Positions 1 to 8,288 are shown, counted from the stretch's first letter. The stretch is 64,000 nucleotides of DNA from a virus (IMGVR_UViG_3300033076_001357:1-64000), one strand, 5' to 3'. Numbers and translations: made by a program. The notes: a model not told the origin generated them from the letters alone.

Positions 1-181
1 CGCGCCCGGCGGACCGCCGCCGGGACCTGGGGCCCGGCCGACCGCGCCACCCGCGCCGCCCGTCACGCCGCGTGACACCCCGCCCCCGCCCGGTCACCCG
101 ACGTGACCGGGCGGGGGCCGCCGCCTCCGTTCACCCGACGTGACCGGGCGGTCACGGGCTGTCACAAATTTTCCGGGGGAG

Positions 182-280
182 CTTTTAGCACTTCACGTTG
201 GCCGCTGTCAAGTATCTTGACAAAATTCGCGTGAACCGTCAACCAGCTGCGTTTAGCACATCAAGCCGCCGCTGTCAAGG
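182..280. repeat. Two imperfect direct repeats (TTTAGCAC...CCGCTGTCAAG) plus palindrome TGTCAAG-TAT-CTTGACA
   Basis: Copies at ~184-212 and ~252-279; palindrome at 206-222; AT-richer than its surroundings. Confidence 0.7.
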
Positions 281-485
281 TCGCCGACGCGACCGAGGGC
301 GTCCCGCCGCTGAGGCACCGAAGCTGGCCGCAGGCGCCGGTCTTTGTTGCCGGAGGCCGCGACCGGTCCGGTAGCACGGTCCGGTCGCGCCGGGTGACCG
401 GGGGTGGCTGGGCGCAGCGAGGCGCTGTGTTCGGCACGGCGGCTGGCCCCTTCCTCGGGGGCCCGCCCCCCGTTGTTGTGATTAC

Positions 486-515
486 ATCTTATCACACGGG
501 TTGCCCCTCTCGCAA
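486..515 (-). promoter_or_regulatory. Repeated sigma70-type promoter P1 (TTGCGA-18-TAAGAT)
   Basis: Matches the consensus shared by ~21 intergenic copies. Confidence 0.7.
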
Positions 516-671
516 CCCGGTTGGGAGCAGCGAGGGGGGCAACGGATACCAGGCGGGTCCTCCCGCCCCCGGTGGCGTCCGGGCGGGTCCTCCCGGTGGC
601 GTCCGGGCGGGTCCTCCCGGCCTTCGGTGGGGCCTCCCGTCGCCTCTCGGGGCGGGTCCGGTACCCAGGAC

Positions 672-705
672 GCCCCGCTACGCCCGGATAGGGCGTAGCG
701 GGGCG
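672..705. terminator. GC hairpin CCCCGCTACGCCC-GGATA-GGGCGTAGCGGGG (identical copy at ~1002-1031)
   Basis: Perfect inverted repeat just downstream of a minus-strand stop codon. Confidence 0.65.
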
Positions 706-713
706 CTGGCCGG

Positions 714-914
714 TCAGCTCTCGTTCGCCTCGCGGCCCTCGCGCAGCGCCCGCAGAACCCGCCGAGCGCCCGGGAACAGCAGGTCGGAAACCGCGTCCAC
801 GCCTTCGTTGGCGGCCAGCTGACGCGACCGGCACCGGCTGCATTTCGCGACGTTGTAGTCGTACGCGGGCTCGCCGCAGGTCTTGCACGGGTCACCGTAC
901 TGGTGGTGGGTCAT
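714..914 (-). CDS. Small zinc-finger protein (CxxC...CxxC)
   Basis: MTHHQYGDPCKTCGEP...CSRCRS; GGAAGA RBS, downstream of promoter P2. Confidence 0.7.
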   Translation of the reverse strand: MTHHQYGDPCKTCGEPAYDYNVAKCSRCRSRQLAANEGVDAVSDLLFPGARRVLRALREGREANES

Positions 915-968
915 CTCGTCTTCCTGGGCGTTGCGGCGGGGGCCGGGTGCCCCCGCCGTTCTGATACC

Positions 969-998
969 ATCATACCACAGGTGTTTCCTTGCACGCAA
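969..998 (-). promoter_or_regulatory. Promoter P2 (TTGCGT-18-TATGAT)
   Basis: Consensus match; ~55 bp identical to the P5 region. Confidence 0.8.
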
Positions 999-1043
999 CC
1001 CCCCGCTACGCCCGGATAGGGCGTAGCGGGGGGGGGGGCCAGC

Positions 1044-1517
1044 TCAGCCGACCAGGGCCAGGTCCCAGGCGACGCACGCCAGGTCCCACAGGCGTTGCGC
1101 CTCGGCGACGTCGCCGCGCGCCTCCGCGTGGTCCGCCTTACCGGCCAGCCAGTCACCGTGCTCCGCGTATTCACCGCTGGTCGCGGGAACCGTCGCGGGC
1201 TCCTCCAGCAACGCCAGCAGCTTGGCCGTCTCCTTCTCGGCGAGGTAGGCCAGGTGCGGCTTGGTGAAGCGCGGACGGCCCTTGCGCATCACCGTGAAGA
1301 AAACGATCCGGTCCAGACGGAACGACAGCTCCTCCTGCCGGGTCCGGCACCAGCCGGTCACCAGGTAGTGGCCGTCGCCGCTGACCCACAGGTCGGTGGG
1401 CTCCACGGTGCGCAGCTTCACGACGTCGGAGCCGCTCTTGCGGTACCCGATCCGGATCGGCTTGCGCTCCCCGATCGCCCGCGCCAGCGCCGTCAGCAGC
1501 TCGGTGGTCTCCGGCAT
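1044..1517 (-). CDS. Stand-alone WYL-domain protein
   Basis: IRIGYRK...RTVEPTDL...HYLVTGWCRTRQEELSFRLDRI matches the WYL pattern; AAGGAG RBS; no HTH. Confidence 0.85.
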   Translation of the reverse strand: MPETTELLTALARAIGERKPIRIGYRKSGSDVVKLRTVEPTDLWVSGDGHYLVTGWCRTRQEELSFRLDRIVFFTVMRKGRPRFTKPHLAYLAEKETAKLLALLEEPATVPATSGEYAEHGDWLAGKADHAEARGDVAEAQRLWDLACVAWDLALVG

Positions 1518-1570
1518 CTTGGTCTCCTTTGGTGCGGGCGGGGGCCGGGTGCCCCCGCCGTTCTGTATCT

Positions 1571-1600
1571 ATTACACCACGGGTGTTTCCTTGCGCGCAA
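1571..1600 (-). promoter_or_regulatory. Promoter P3 (TTGCGC-18-TGTAAT)
   Basis: Same spacer GCAAGGAAACACCCGTGG and downstream AACGGCGGGG motif. Confidence 0.7.
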
Positions 1601-1640
1601 CCCCCCCGCCCGGCTAGGGCGGGGGGGTTGCGCCGGGCGG

Positions 1641-2216
1641 TCAGCCGACGCAGCTGCGAGCCCAGAAGACCTGGTTGCCGACCCGGAAAGACAGCTCCCC
1701 GTCCAGCGCCACCAGCAGCCGGGTGGTGGCGCTCGTGTCGCTCGCGTCGGCGACGTCGGGCGTGCCGTCCTCGTCGAAGAACCTCAGCAGCTGCTCCAGC
1801 TGGTCCGCGAACGCCCGGGCGCGGCTGGCGCGGTCCCGGTGGCCGTAGCCGCGCCCGGCGAGCCGACGAGCCTCCTCGGTCAGCTCGGTCCCCAGCTGTA
1901 CCACCACGTCCAGCGCGGTGGCGACCCGCTTCTCCCGGCCGGGCTCGGGCTCCTGGCCGACCAGGTTGTGGCCGACGTGCCAGTGACGTCGCATCACCTG
2001 GGTCCGGGCGGGCGGGGCGGGGGTGTGGTCGGCCGGGACCGGCCAGGTGCCCCACAGGGCGTGCCACGTGTCGGCGTGCTGCTCGCACACCAGCACCTCG
2101 CGCTGCACCCCGTCCGGGTTACAGGCCGACGGGTTGGCGACCTGCAGCAGGCCGATGCGGGTGGCCACCTGCTGGCAGCCACCCCGCCACGGGTTCTCGC
2201 ACGCGGCGATGGTCAT
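1641..2216 (-). CDS. Hypothetical protein, Cys/His-containing N-terminus
   Basis: GAGGAG RBS before MTIAAC; own promoter P4. Confidence 0.7.
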   Translation of the reverse strand: MTIAACENPWRGGCQQVATRIGLLQVANPSACNPDGVQREVLVCEQHADTWHALWGTWPVPADHTPAPPARTQVMRRHWHVGHNLVGQEPEPGREKRVATALDVVVQLGTELTEEARRLAGRGYGHRDRASRARAFADQLEQLLRFFDEDGTPDVADASDTSATTRLLVALDGELSFRVGNQVFWARSCVG

Positions 2217-2272
2217 CCTGGGCTCCTCGGGTGAGAGCGGGGGCGGCGGACCCGCCCCCGCGTTGTGATTCC

Positions 2273-2302
2273 ATCGTATCACGGGGGTTTCCCCCCGCGC
2301 AA
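2273..2302 (-). promoter_or_regulatory. Promoter P4 (TTGCGC-18-TACGAT)
   Basis: Consensus match. Confidence 0.8.
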
Positions 2303-2348
2303 CCCCCCCGGCACGCCCCGGGGGCCAGCCCCCGGGGCGCGGTTAGGG

Positions 2349-2567
2349 TCAGATCAGCCTCTCGCCCGTGCCCAGGTCGGTGGCGACCAGGTTGGCCACC
2401 TCGGTCACCCCGGTGCCCTTCTCGTCGGCCTCGAACATCTGCTTGATGTGCCCGAGGGCCGTGGCGGGGGTCAGCGGGTGCTGTCCGTCGTAGAGGTGCT
2501 CCCACGCCTCGGCGTAGACCTCGACGACCATCTGAACGGCGATCCGGATCTTGGGCTGCTCGGCCAC
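2349..2567 (-). CDS. Hypothetical protein
   Basis: AAGGAG RBS; own promoter P5. Confidence 0.7.
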   Translation of the reverse strand: MAEQPKIRIAVQMVVEVYAEAWEHLYDGQHPLTPATALGHIKQMFEADEKGTGVTEVANLVATDLGTGERLI

Positions 2568-2617
2568 GACGCGCTCCTTGGGTTCGCGGCGGGGCTTGTC
2601 CCCGCCGTTCTGATACC

Positions 2618-2647
2618 ATCATACCACAGGTGTTTCCTTGCACGCAA
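2618..2647 (-). promoter_or_regulatory. Promoter P5 (TTGCGT-18-TATGAT)
   Basis: Identical to P2. Confidence 0.8.
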
Positions 2648-2692
2648 CCCCCCGGGGGCTCACCGGCCAGGGTGAGCCCCCGGGGGGGGCGG

Positions 2693-3448
2693 TCAGCTCG
2701 CGGGCTGCTCGGTCATCTTGCGGGTGCGACGCGGCGCGCGCTTCTTGGGCGCGGGCTTGGCCGCCTCGGCCGGGTCGGCGGCGGCGAACGCCGCGTCGCT
2801 CTCGGCCTGCTGGGCGCGCCGCTCGTTGGCCGTCTCGGCCTGCGCCTCGGCCAGCATCGTCGCGAACAGGTCCTCTTCGGCCGCGACGATCGCGGCCAGA
2901 TCGGCGTCGGGCAGCTCCGTCCGGGCCTCCGCCAGGTCGTCGCCCGGGTCGGCCGCCGGGGCCTCGGCGACGACCGGGGCGACCGGAACCGCCTTGGTCG
3001 CGACCTTCTTCTTGCCGGTGACGCGGTCGGCCGCCTTGCGGATGCCGTCGGCGACCAGGTCGCCGAAACCGAACAGCTCGGCGACCTCCAGCGCGGGCAG
3101 CGTCCGGCCGGTCTCGGCGTCGGTCACCAGCTCACCGGCCACCCCAGCGCGGATCAGCAGCCCCTTCAGCTTCGCATCGTGCCCAGGGGCGAAGACGCGC
3201 TTGGTGTCGGAGACGCAACCCGTCTCCTCGCCGCTGCCCGCCAGGAACGCCGCGCAGCGGCAGGCGTGCACCTGGCGCCGGGCGGTGGCCGCCTGCCGCT
3301 CGGCCCGTCGGGCCGCGAGGGTGTTGGCCTGGATCGCGGCCAGCGCGTCGGCGGCCAGCTGGGCCAGGTCGGCGGCGGGGGCGGTGTTCAGCGCCAGGTC
3401 GGCGGCGGCGGGGGCGGTCTTGGCGGTCTTGGCGGTCTTGGCGTTCAT
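2693..3448 (-). CDS. Ala-rich protein with CxC...FAPGHDAKL domain and basic C-tail
   Basis: AAGGAG RBS before MNAKTAK; motif shared with 29442..29876. Confidence 0.75.
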   Translation of the reverse strand: MNAKTAKTAKTAPAAADLALNTAPAADLAQLAADALAAIQANTLAARRAERQAATARRQVHACRCAAFLAGSGEETGCVSDTKRVFAPGHDAKLKGLLIRAGVAGELVTDAETGRTLPALEVAELFGFGDLVADGIRKAADRVTGKKKVATKAVPVAPVVAEAPAADPGDDLAEARTELPDADLAAIVAAEEDLFATMLAEAQAETANERRAQQAESDAAFAAADPAEAAKPAPKKRAPRRTRKMTEQPAS

Positions 3449-3520
3449 CACGGTCTCCTTGGTGTCGGCCGCCCGGCGGGCGGCGGGTCCGGGGCGGCGA
3501 TCCCGCCCCGTTGTGATTCC

Positions 3521-3550
3521 ATCGTACCACACGGCTTGCTGTCTGCGCAA
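3521..3550 (-). promoter_or_regulatory. Promoter P6 (TTGCGC-18-TACGAT)
   Basis: Consensus match. Confidence 0.75.
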
Positions 3551-3587
3551 CCCCCTCGCCGACGCGGTCCGGGGGCTGCGCGGACGG

Positions 3588-3710
3588 TCACAGCTCGTAG
3601 CTGTCCCGCCGCAGCTGCTCGGTCGCGTCGGCCGCGTCGTCGGGCTGCTCCCAACCGGCCTGCTCGCGCCAGGCCTCGCGGCTGTCCTCGTCGTTCGCCA
3701 GCGTCGCCAC
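3588..3710 (-). CDS. 40-aa acidic peptide MATLANDEDSREAWREQAGW... (not in ORF track)
   Basis: CAGGAGG RBS, GTG start, directly under promoter P7. Confidence 0.6.
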   Translation of the reverse strand: MATLANDEDSREAWREQAGWEQPDDAADATEQLRRDSYEL

Positions 3711-3767
3711 CGTGTCCTCCTGGGGGTCCGGGGCGGCGGGGTGGGCCCCCGCCGCCGTTCTGTTACC

Positions 3768-3797
3768 AGGATACCACGGTCGTTTCCCTCAGCGCAA
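3768..3797 (-). promoter_or_regulatory. Promoter P7 (TTGCGC-18-TATCCT)
   Basis: Consensus match. Confidence 0.75.
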
Positions 3798-3974
3798 CCC
3801 GGAGCGGGCGGCCCGCTCCTCGCACCGCTGCGCCCGGGCCACGGACCGGCTGGCTGCCGCCCAACGGCGGTCAGCGGCCTCGTTGTCGTCCTTCTCGGCG
3901 AGCGAGAGCGCCGCCGCGACGTGGCGCGACGCCTGGCGCCAGGCCGCGTCGGCGAGCAGACGGGGGTTGGTCAC
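3789..3974 (-). CDS. Small Ala/Arg-rich hypothetical protein
   Basis: GGAGG RBS; under promoter P8. Confidence 0.65.
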   Translation of the reverse strand: MTNPRLLADAAWRQASRHVAAALSLAEKDDNEAADRRWAAASRSVARAQRCEERAARSGLR

Positions 3975-4027
3975 GGTTGCCTCCGGTTGCCGTACGGCGA
4001 GGGCCAGCCCCCCGCCGTTCTGTTACC

Positions 4028-4057
4028 AGCGTAACACGTGTGTTTCCCTCCGCGCAA
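4028..4057 (-). promoter_or_regulatory. Promoter P8 (TTGCGC-18-TACGCT)
   Basis: Consensus match. Confidence 0.75.
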
Positions 4058-4087
4058 CCCGGCGACGTGATGTGACGCACGTCACAT

Positions 4088-4128
4088 ACAGCTACGCCCC
4101 GTGACCTGTGATCACGGGGCGTAGCTGT
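4088..4128. terminator. 17-bp-stem hairpin ACAGCTACGCCCCGTGA...TCACGGGGCGTAGCTGT
   Basis: Perfect inverted repeat, intergenic. Confidence 0.7.
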
Positions 4129-4178
4129 CATGTTCGCGTCAGGGTCAGTAGGTGGTGAGGTCGACGCCCCTCAGGACG

Positions 4179-4544
4179 TCAGCCGGTCGAGAAATCCGGT
4201 AGGCCGCCTCCGATTCGGGCGCCTTGATGTACGCAGCCCGGGTGATGAAACCTTCCGGGCTTACAGGGGTCGCGGCCTTCCACCTCGAACAGGTTGCCGG
4301 TGCGACCGTCGACGGCCAGGCCGCCGACCTTGATTCCCCCTACCAGCCGGGCGCTGATGTCGGTGTTGTCGGTCGCGACTTCAAGGTCGATACCGGCGGC
4401 AGCCAGGTCCTCAAGGGCCCCCAGTCCCGCGTTCAGACACAGACGCATCACCTGGTCGATCTCAAGGCCGAAGTTCTCGGACGCCCTCAGCAGCCGGGCG
4501 GCCAGCTCGCCGGTAACCTCGGCCAGCACCTTGGGGTCACTCAT
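4179..4544 (-). CDS. Hypothetical protein, possible ribbon-helix-helix N-terminus
   Basis: AAGGAG RBS; LAEVTGELAARL...IDQVMRLCL pattern. Confidence 0.6.
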   Translation of the reverse strand: MSDPKVLAEVTGELAARLLRASENFGLEIDQVMRLCLNAGLGALEDLAAAGIDLEVATDNTDISARLVGGIKVGGLAVDGRTGNLFEVEGRDPCKPGRFHHPGCVHQGARIGGGLPDFSTG

Positions 4545-4592
4545 GGGGCGTAGCTCCTTCTAGATTGACGGATAGCGCGCGGGTCCTCCTGG

Positions 4593-4811
4593 TCAGGACG
4601 AGCGGTAGACCTCGACCACCTGGGGCGCGGCCCAGATGTCGGGGTCGGCGTCGGCGGTGAAGATCATGCGGGCCGGTCCGACCCCGTGGTCGCCGTAGTC
4701 GGCGGCGACCTCGTGGTTGGAGACCACCTGACCCAGCTCGGGCGCCGCGACGAACACGTCACCCGGCCTGACCTTGCTGATGTCCGTGAGGAAGATCCGG
4801 CGCGTCACCAT
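4593..4811 (-). CDS. Small hypothetical protein
   Basis: Overlaps the upstream stop codon; phage-like codon usage. Confidence 0.6.
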   Translation of the reverse strand: MVTRRIFLTDISKVRPGDVFVAAPELGQVVSNHEVAADYGDHGVGPARMIFTADADPDIWAAPQVVEVYRSS

Positions 4812-4978
4812 TCGACGTCATTACCTTCGAACCCGTCGGGGAGCAGCGGCAGCTCCTTCTTGGTCCACTCGCGCAGTTCACTGTCGCGTCGCGCGAGGTT
4901 CTCGCGGATGCGGCTCTTGCCGCCATCGTCGTCACGGGGCGGAGGCGTGTTGTTCACGGCGTCAGCCGCTCCTTTCAT
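4805..4978 (-). CDS. 57-aa hypothetical protein MKGAADAVNN... (not in ORF track)
   Basis: ATG at 4978, TGA at 4805, overlapping the next gene start. Confidence 0.4.
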   Translation of the reverse strand: MKGAADAVNNTPPPRDDDGGKSRIRENLARRDSELREWTKKELPLLPDGFEGNDVEW

Positions 4979-5024
4979 AGGTAGCGGCGGCGGCCCCGGT
5001 CCGGGGCCGCCGCCGGGGCGCGGG

Positions 5025-5249
5025 TCAGGCGTTGTCGGCCGCTTCGCGGTGCGCGAACTCGACGAAGGCCTTGCGGACGACCTCCGCAGCCTCCGTGCTC
5101 ACGTCCCGGTCGGAGTACTCGCGGTTCGCCGGGACCTGGGCGATCTGGGAGCCGTGGGCGTCCTCGGCGATCAGGTTGCCGTAGCCGTCGGTGACGACGG
5201 TGACGACGTGGAACCCGTTGTTGCCCTCGTTGACGATCTTGCGGCCCAT
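5025..5249 (-). CDS. Small hypothetical protein
   Basis: GGAGG RBS; under promoter P9. Confidence 0.7.
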   Translation of the reverse strand: MGRKIVNEGNNGFHVVTVVTDGYGNLIAEDAHGSQIAQVPANREYSDRDVSTEAAEVVRKAFVEFAHREAADNA

Positions 5250-5305
5250 CAGAACCTCCGGGTAGGGTCGGGGCGGGAGCGCTGCGCCCCCGCCGTTATA
5301 CTACC

Positions 5306-5335
5306 AGTATACCACGGGTGTTTCCCGGGGGACAA
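5306..5335 (-). promoter_or_regulatory. Promoter P9 (TTGTCC-18-TATACT)
   Basis: Consensus match. Confidence 0.8.
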
Positions 5336-5342
5336 GTCCCGC

Positions 5343-5576
5343 TCAACGCGACAACGCCGCGTCCAGCTCGGCGTCGGTGGCCGACAGGACCGCGAAATAC
5401 GCGTCGAACAAGGGCTGGCCCGGGTCGCCGTCCAGAGCCACCGCGCCCGCCACCGGCGGGCTGTCGGGGAACACCAGCACGCTGCGGGCGTAGGCCACCG
5501 CCTCGGCGGTGGTGGTGTCCGGCCACGACTCGCGCTGGTCGGCGGCGACCAGGGCCACGGCCTCGGTGAGTTCCAT
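5343..5576 (-). CDS. Hypothetical protein
   Basis: MELTEAV start just after the upstream stop. Confidence 0.6.
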   Translation of the reverse strand: MELTEAVALVAADQRESWPDTTTAEAVAYARSVLVFPDSPPVAGAVALDGDPGQPLFDAYFAVLSATDAELDAALSR

Positions 5577-5581
5577 CGGCG

Positions 5582-6076
5582 CTACGCGGGGTGGACGTTG
5601 TACTGGTCGCGCAGCTCGGCCACCAGTTCGTCCAGCAGCTCGTCGTTGTCCTGGTCGCGGTTTTCCCACCGGACCGCGTCCCCGTCCGACAGCCGGACGA
5701 GCGACCCAGCGTCGAAGGTCAGGACGTCCTCGTCGTCGTAGGCGGTGCCCCACGGGGCCTCCGACCACCAGGTGGTCACGTCGAGTACCGGCAGACCGAT
5801 CTCGCTGTGACGGACGTTGACCACCTTGCCGATCTCGGCGTCGCCGTCGTTGATGAACACCAGGTCACCGACGTTGATCGAAGGGTCGTGGACCACCGCC
5901 TTGATGTCCCGGGCGCTGTGCCCGGGCTTGCTGGCGCGGTGACCGAAGAGGACTTCGATGGTGTGTCGCACGAACTCGGTGGGGTCCATTCCCATCTCGT
6001 CGGCGAGGGTGAGGAGCGTCTCGGCGGTCCCGCCGGAGACGGCGATGCGCATCTGACGCTTCGGGCTGTCGGTCAC
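5582..6076 (-). CDS. RHH/CopG-like N-terminus plus SH3-like C-terminal domain
   Basis: MRIAVSGGTAETLLTLADEMGMDPTEFVR; VGDLVFI..IGKVV; GGAGG RBS. Confidence 0.6.
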   Translation of the reverse strand: MTDSPKRQMRIAVSGGTAETLLTLADEMGMDPTEFVRHTIEVLFGHRASKPGHSARDIKAVVHDPSINVGDLVFINDGDAEIGKVVNVRHSEIGLPVLDVTTWWSEAPWGTAYDDEDVLTFDAGSLVRLSDGDAVRWENRDQDNDELLDELVAELRDQYNVHPA

Positions 6077-6130
6077 TGTTACCTCCGGGCTGGAGGGGCG
6101 CCGCCGGTAGCGGCGCCCCGTTGTGATTCC

Positions 6131-6160
6131 ACCCTACCACGGGGGTTTCCCCCCGCGCAA
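6131..6160 (-). promoter_or_regulatory. Promoter P10 (TTGCGC-18-TAGGGT)
   Basis: Consensus match. Confidence 0.7.
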
Positions 6161-6445
6161 TCAGGGGGCCGACTCGACCTGAACGTTCGAGGGCACCCAG
6201 AACGACCAGCTGAGGCTGGCCCACCCGACGTGGTGGTGGTCCGGGTTGCTGACCTGAGAGGCGCTCTCGACGTCGCCGAGCAGCTCCGTAGGCACCAGGT
6301 ACCTGGCGAAAGCCGACCTCGACTTGTCCGTCGCTTCGACGAGAACCGTCGTCAGCCAGCTGTCCGACTGCGACACGAAACCGATCAGTGACCGTCCGTG
6401 GTAGGAGAAGCTGACGGTCTCGCCCTTCTTGAACTCAGTCTTCAC
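6161..6445 (-). CDS. Small SH3-like beta-barrel protein
   Basis: FKKGETVSF...LIGFVS; AAGGAG RBS. Confidence 0.6.
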   Translation of the reverse strand: MKTEFKKGETVSFSYHGRSLIGFVSQSDSWLTTVLVEATDKSRSAFARYLVPTELLGDVESASQVSNPDHHHVGWASLSWSFWVPSNVQVESAP

Positions 6446-6480
6446 GCGGCGTAGTCTCCTTACTTCGAGTGGTGATGGAG

Positions 6481-6657
6481 TCAGTCGACCTTGGTGACGC
6501 TGGACGGGTGCCAGATGTCACGTCGGGCGAACGGCGCGTTACGCTTCGCTGACTCGTCGTCGAGGATGATCTCGACGCCAAGGTCAGTGTCGGACTCGAC
6601 CACGCCCGACAACCGGCCCTCATCGATGTGAGCTTTGTCACCCTTGGTGAACTTCAC
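6481..6657 (-). CDS. Small SH3/KOW-like protein VKFTKGDKAHID...
   Basis: CAGGAGG RBS, GTG start, under promoter P11. Confidence 0.6.
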   Translation of the reverse strand: MKFTKGDKAHIDEGRLSGVVESDTDLGVEIILDDESAKRNAPFARRDIWHPSSVTKVD

Positions 6658-6686
6658 GGGGGTCCTCCTGTGTCTCTGGTACCGCC

Positions 6687-6716
6687 ATTCTAGCACAACG
6701 GTTTCCCGCCGGGAAA
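6687..6716 (-). promoter_or_regulatory. Promoter P11 (TTTCCC-18-TAGAAT)
   Basis: Consensus spacer (GAAAC, TG) and -10. Confidence 0.65.
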
Positions 6717-6893
6717 ATGGCTTCAAGGCGGGTCCTCCGCGCCCGGGCCACGGGCTCGGGAAAGCGCCGCAGGCCCGGTTGACGGCAGACACGGACCCGA
6801 GGGCCGGGACGGGGTCTTCCGCCGCCTGAGAGAGCCGCCCCGGTACTGAGCGCCGGAGACCCCCTGTACGGTTGAGGAAGACCCCGTCCTGTG

Positions 6894-8288
6894 TCACGAC
6901 GGGGTATCCCAGGACAGCGGCGTCCTGGTCCGGTACTCCAGAGACTCTATCTGCAGCCACAGGTGGCCGGTTCGCGGCTTCAGCTGAAGCGTCATCCGGG
7001 CCCAGTTGGGCCGTTCCAGCGACCCGACCCCGCTGAACTCGGCGCTCCGGGCGGTTCGTGGCAGCGTCCACTTCAGACCCTCGCCCGTTTCCTCGGCTGC
7101 GGCCACCGCTCGCCTCACCAGCCGCCACGCGGTCTCGGTCTCGACCCCCTGGTCCTGCAGCCAGGTCAGCGCCGCCGCAGCTTCGGCTCGGTTCCTGGCC
7201 GTCTCCAGGTTCCGCTCCATCGCCTCCTTGTCTATTCCCATCTGCCGTATCAGGTTGGTACACTTGATGGCGGCCCACTGTGCCAGGGTTGTTGCGGTCG
7301 GCACCACCACTCGCTCCACCGAGCTGTGGCTTATGTCCCGTTCACCCCACAACACCACCCCACTTTGCACAGTTGACCCCATTCCCTTTACTATGTTATA
7401 CAGCCCTATCATTTGCTCTGCGGTTACAGGGTTTGACTTATGGGGCATCGAGCTTGAGCCCCATTGACTGCACTGGTCGAAGTTTTCCCTTATTTCGTCG
7501 ATGCCGCTCTGGGCTCCCAGCCTCACCTCGTTGGCCACCGCTGCCGCTGCCGCCGCCACGCCCTCGCAGCCCCACACCATCTCGGCCACCAGGTCCCGGC
7601 TCACCACCTGCAGGCTGCTGTCCGCCGCCCTCATCCCCAGCAGCTTGGCGAATTCCAGCTCTTCCCCCCGGCTTATTCTCTTGTAGTCTCCCACCGGTCC
7701 GCTGAGCTTCACCCTCCCCACTTCCCTTGTCGCCCGTGCAAGGCGCTGGGTCGCCCTCTCGGCCATCAGCGCCTTGTCCGCCAGCCAGTGGCCCAGCGTC
7801 GACTCCTCCGCCCACTGGCCGTGGGTCCGGGCCACCCGCCGGGTCTCGCGGTTCTTCATCGCCGCCCTGGCCAGCTCCCCCGTCAGCTCCCACGCCGCCC
7901 GGGTCACCAGCTTCCCCGCCAGCCGCCACCTTATCGCGTTGGCGCTGTCCACCAGGTCGCTTGAGGTCATCCCCCGGTGCACCGCCGCCAGCGCCAGCGC
8001 CCCCGCGCGGCCTCCCCCCGCGCGGCCTCCCCCCGCGCGGCCTTCGGCCGCGAGGGCGATGTTCCTGCGCCAGCAGTTCAGGAACGCCACCACGTCGTGA
8101 CGGGTCCGGGCCTCCTCGTCGGCCACCTCCCGCTCGGTCGGCACCGCCGCCGTTCTCATCACTTCCAGCGCCTTCTCGTCCAGCCCCTGGGCCTGGGCCG
8201 CCGCCGTCTCCACCCTCGCCCACAGCCGGTACTGGGCTCGGGTCGACCACAGCTCTTCCATCTCGGACGTCTGGTACCTGGATATCAC
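6894..8288 (-). CDS. purB: Adenylosuccinate lyase (fumarase/ASL superfamily), phage-encoded
   Basis: MISRY..EM..LWS; TRHDVVAF; HRGMTSSD; RTHGQ; KLSGPVG; QVVSRD; GSSSMPHKSNP; ERDISHSSVER. Confidence 0.93.
   Translation of the reverse strand: MISRYQTSEMEELWSTRAQYRLWARVETAAAQAQGLDEKALEVMRTAAVPTEREVADEEARTRHDVVAFLNCWRRNIALAAEGRAGGGRAGGGRAGALALAAVHRGMTSSDLVDSANAIRWRLAGKLVTRAAWELTGELARAAMKNRETRRVARTHGQWAEESTLGHWLADKALMAERATQRLARATREVGRVKLSGPVGDYKRISRGEELEFAKLLGMRAADSSLQVVSRDLVAEMVWGCEGVAAAAAAVANEVRLGAQSGIDEIRENFDQCSQWGSSSMPHKSNPVTAEQMIGLYNIVKGMGSTVQSGVVLWGERDISHSSVERVVVPTATTLAQWAAIKCTNLIRQMGIDKEAMERNLETARNRAEAAAALTWLQDQGVETETAWRLVRRAVAAAEETGEGLKWTLPRTARSAEFSGVGSLERPNWARMTLQLKPRTGHLWLQIESLEYRTRTPLSWDTPS
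8001..8043. repeat. 15-bp tandem repeat (~3 units) inside purB encoding GRAGG repeats
   Basis: ccccgcgcggcctcc units; in frame. Confidence 0.8.

Noticed and set aside
184-260. CIRCE (HrcA) operator
   Set aside because: Only TTAGCAC half-sites in direct orientation; the inverted partner is missing
550-622. 24-bp tandem repeat GGTGGCGTCCGGGCGGGTCCTCCC
   Set aside because: Simple intergenic tandem duplication with no supportable function
6817-6834. 18-nt match TCTTCCGCCGCCTGAGAG with 19034-19051
   Set aside because: A single short GC-rich match, one copy inside a CDS; could be chance or a gene remnant
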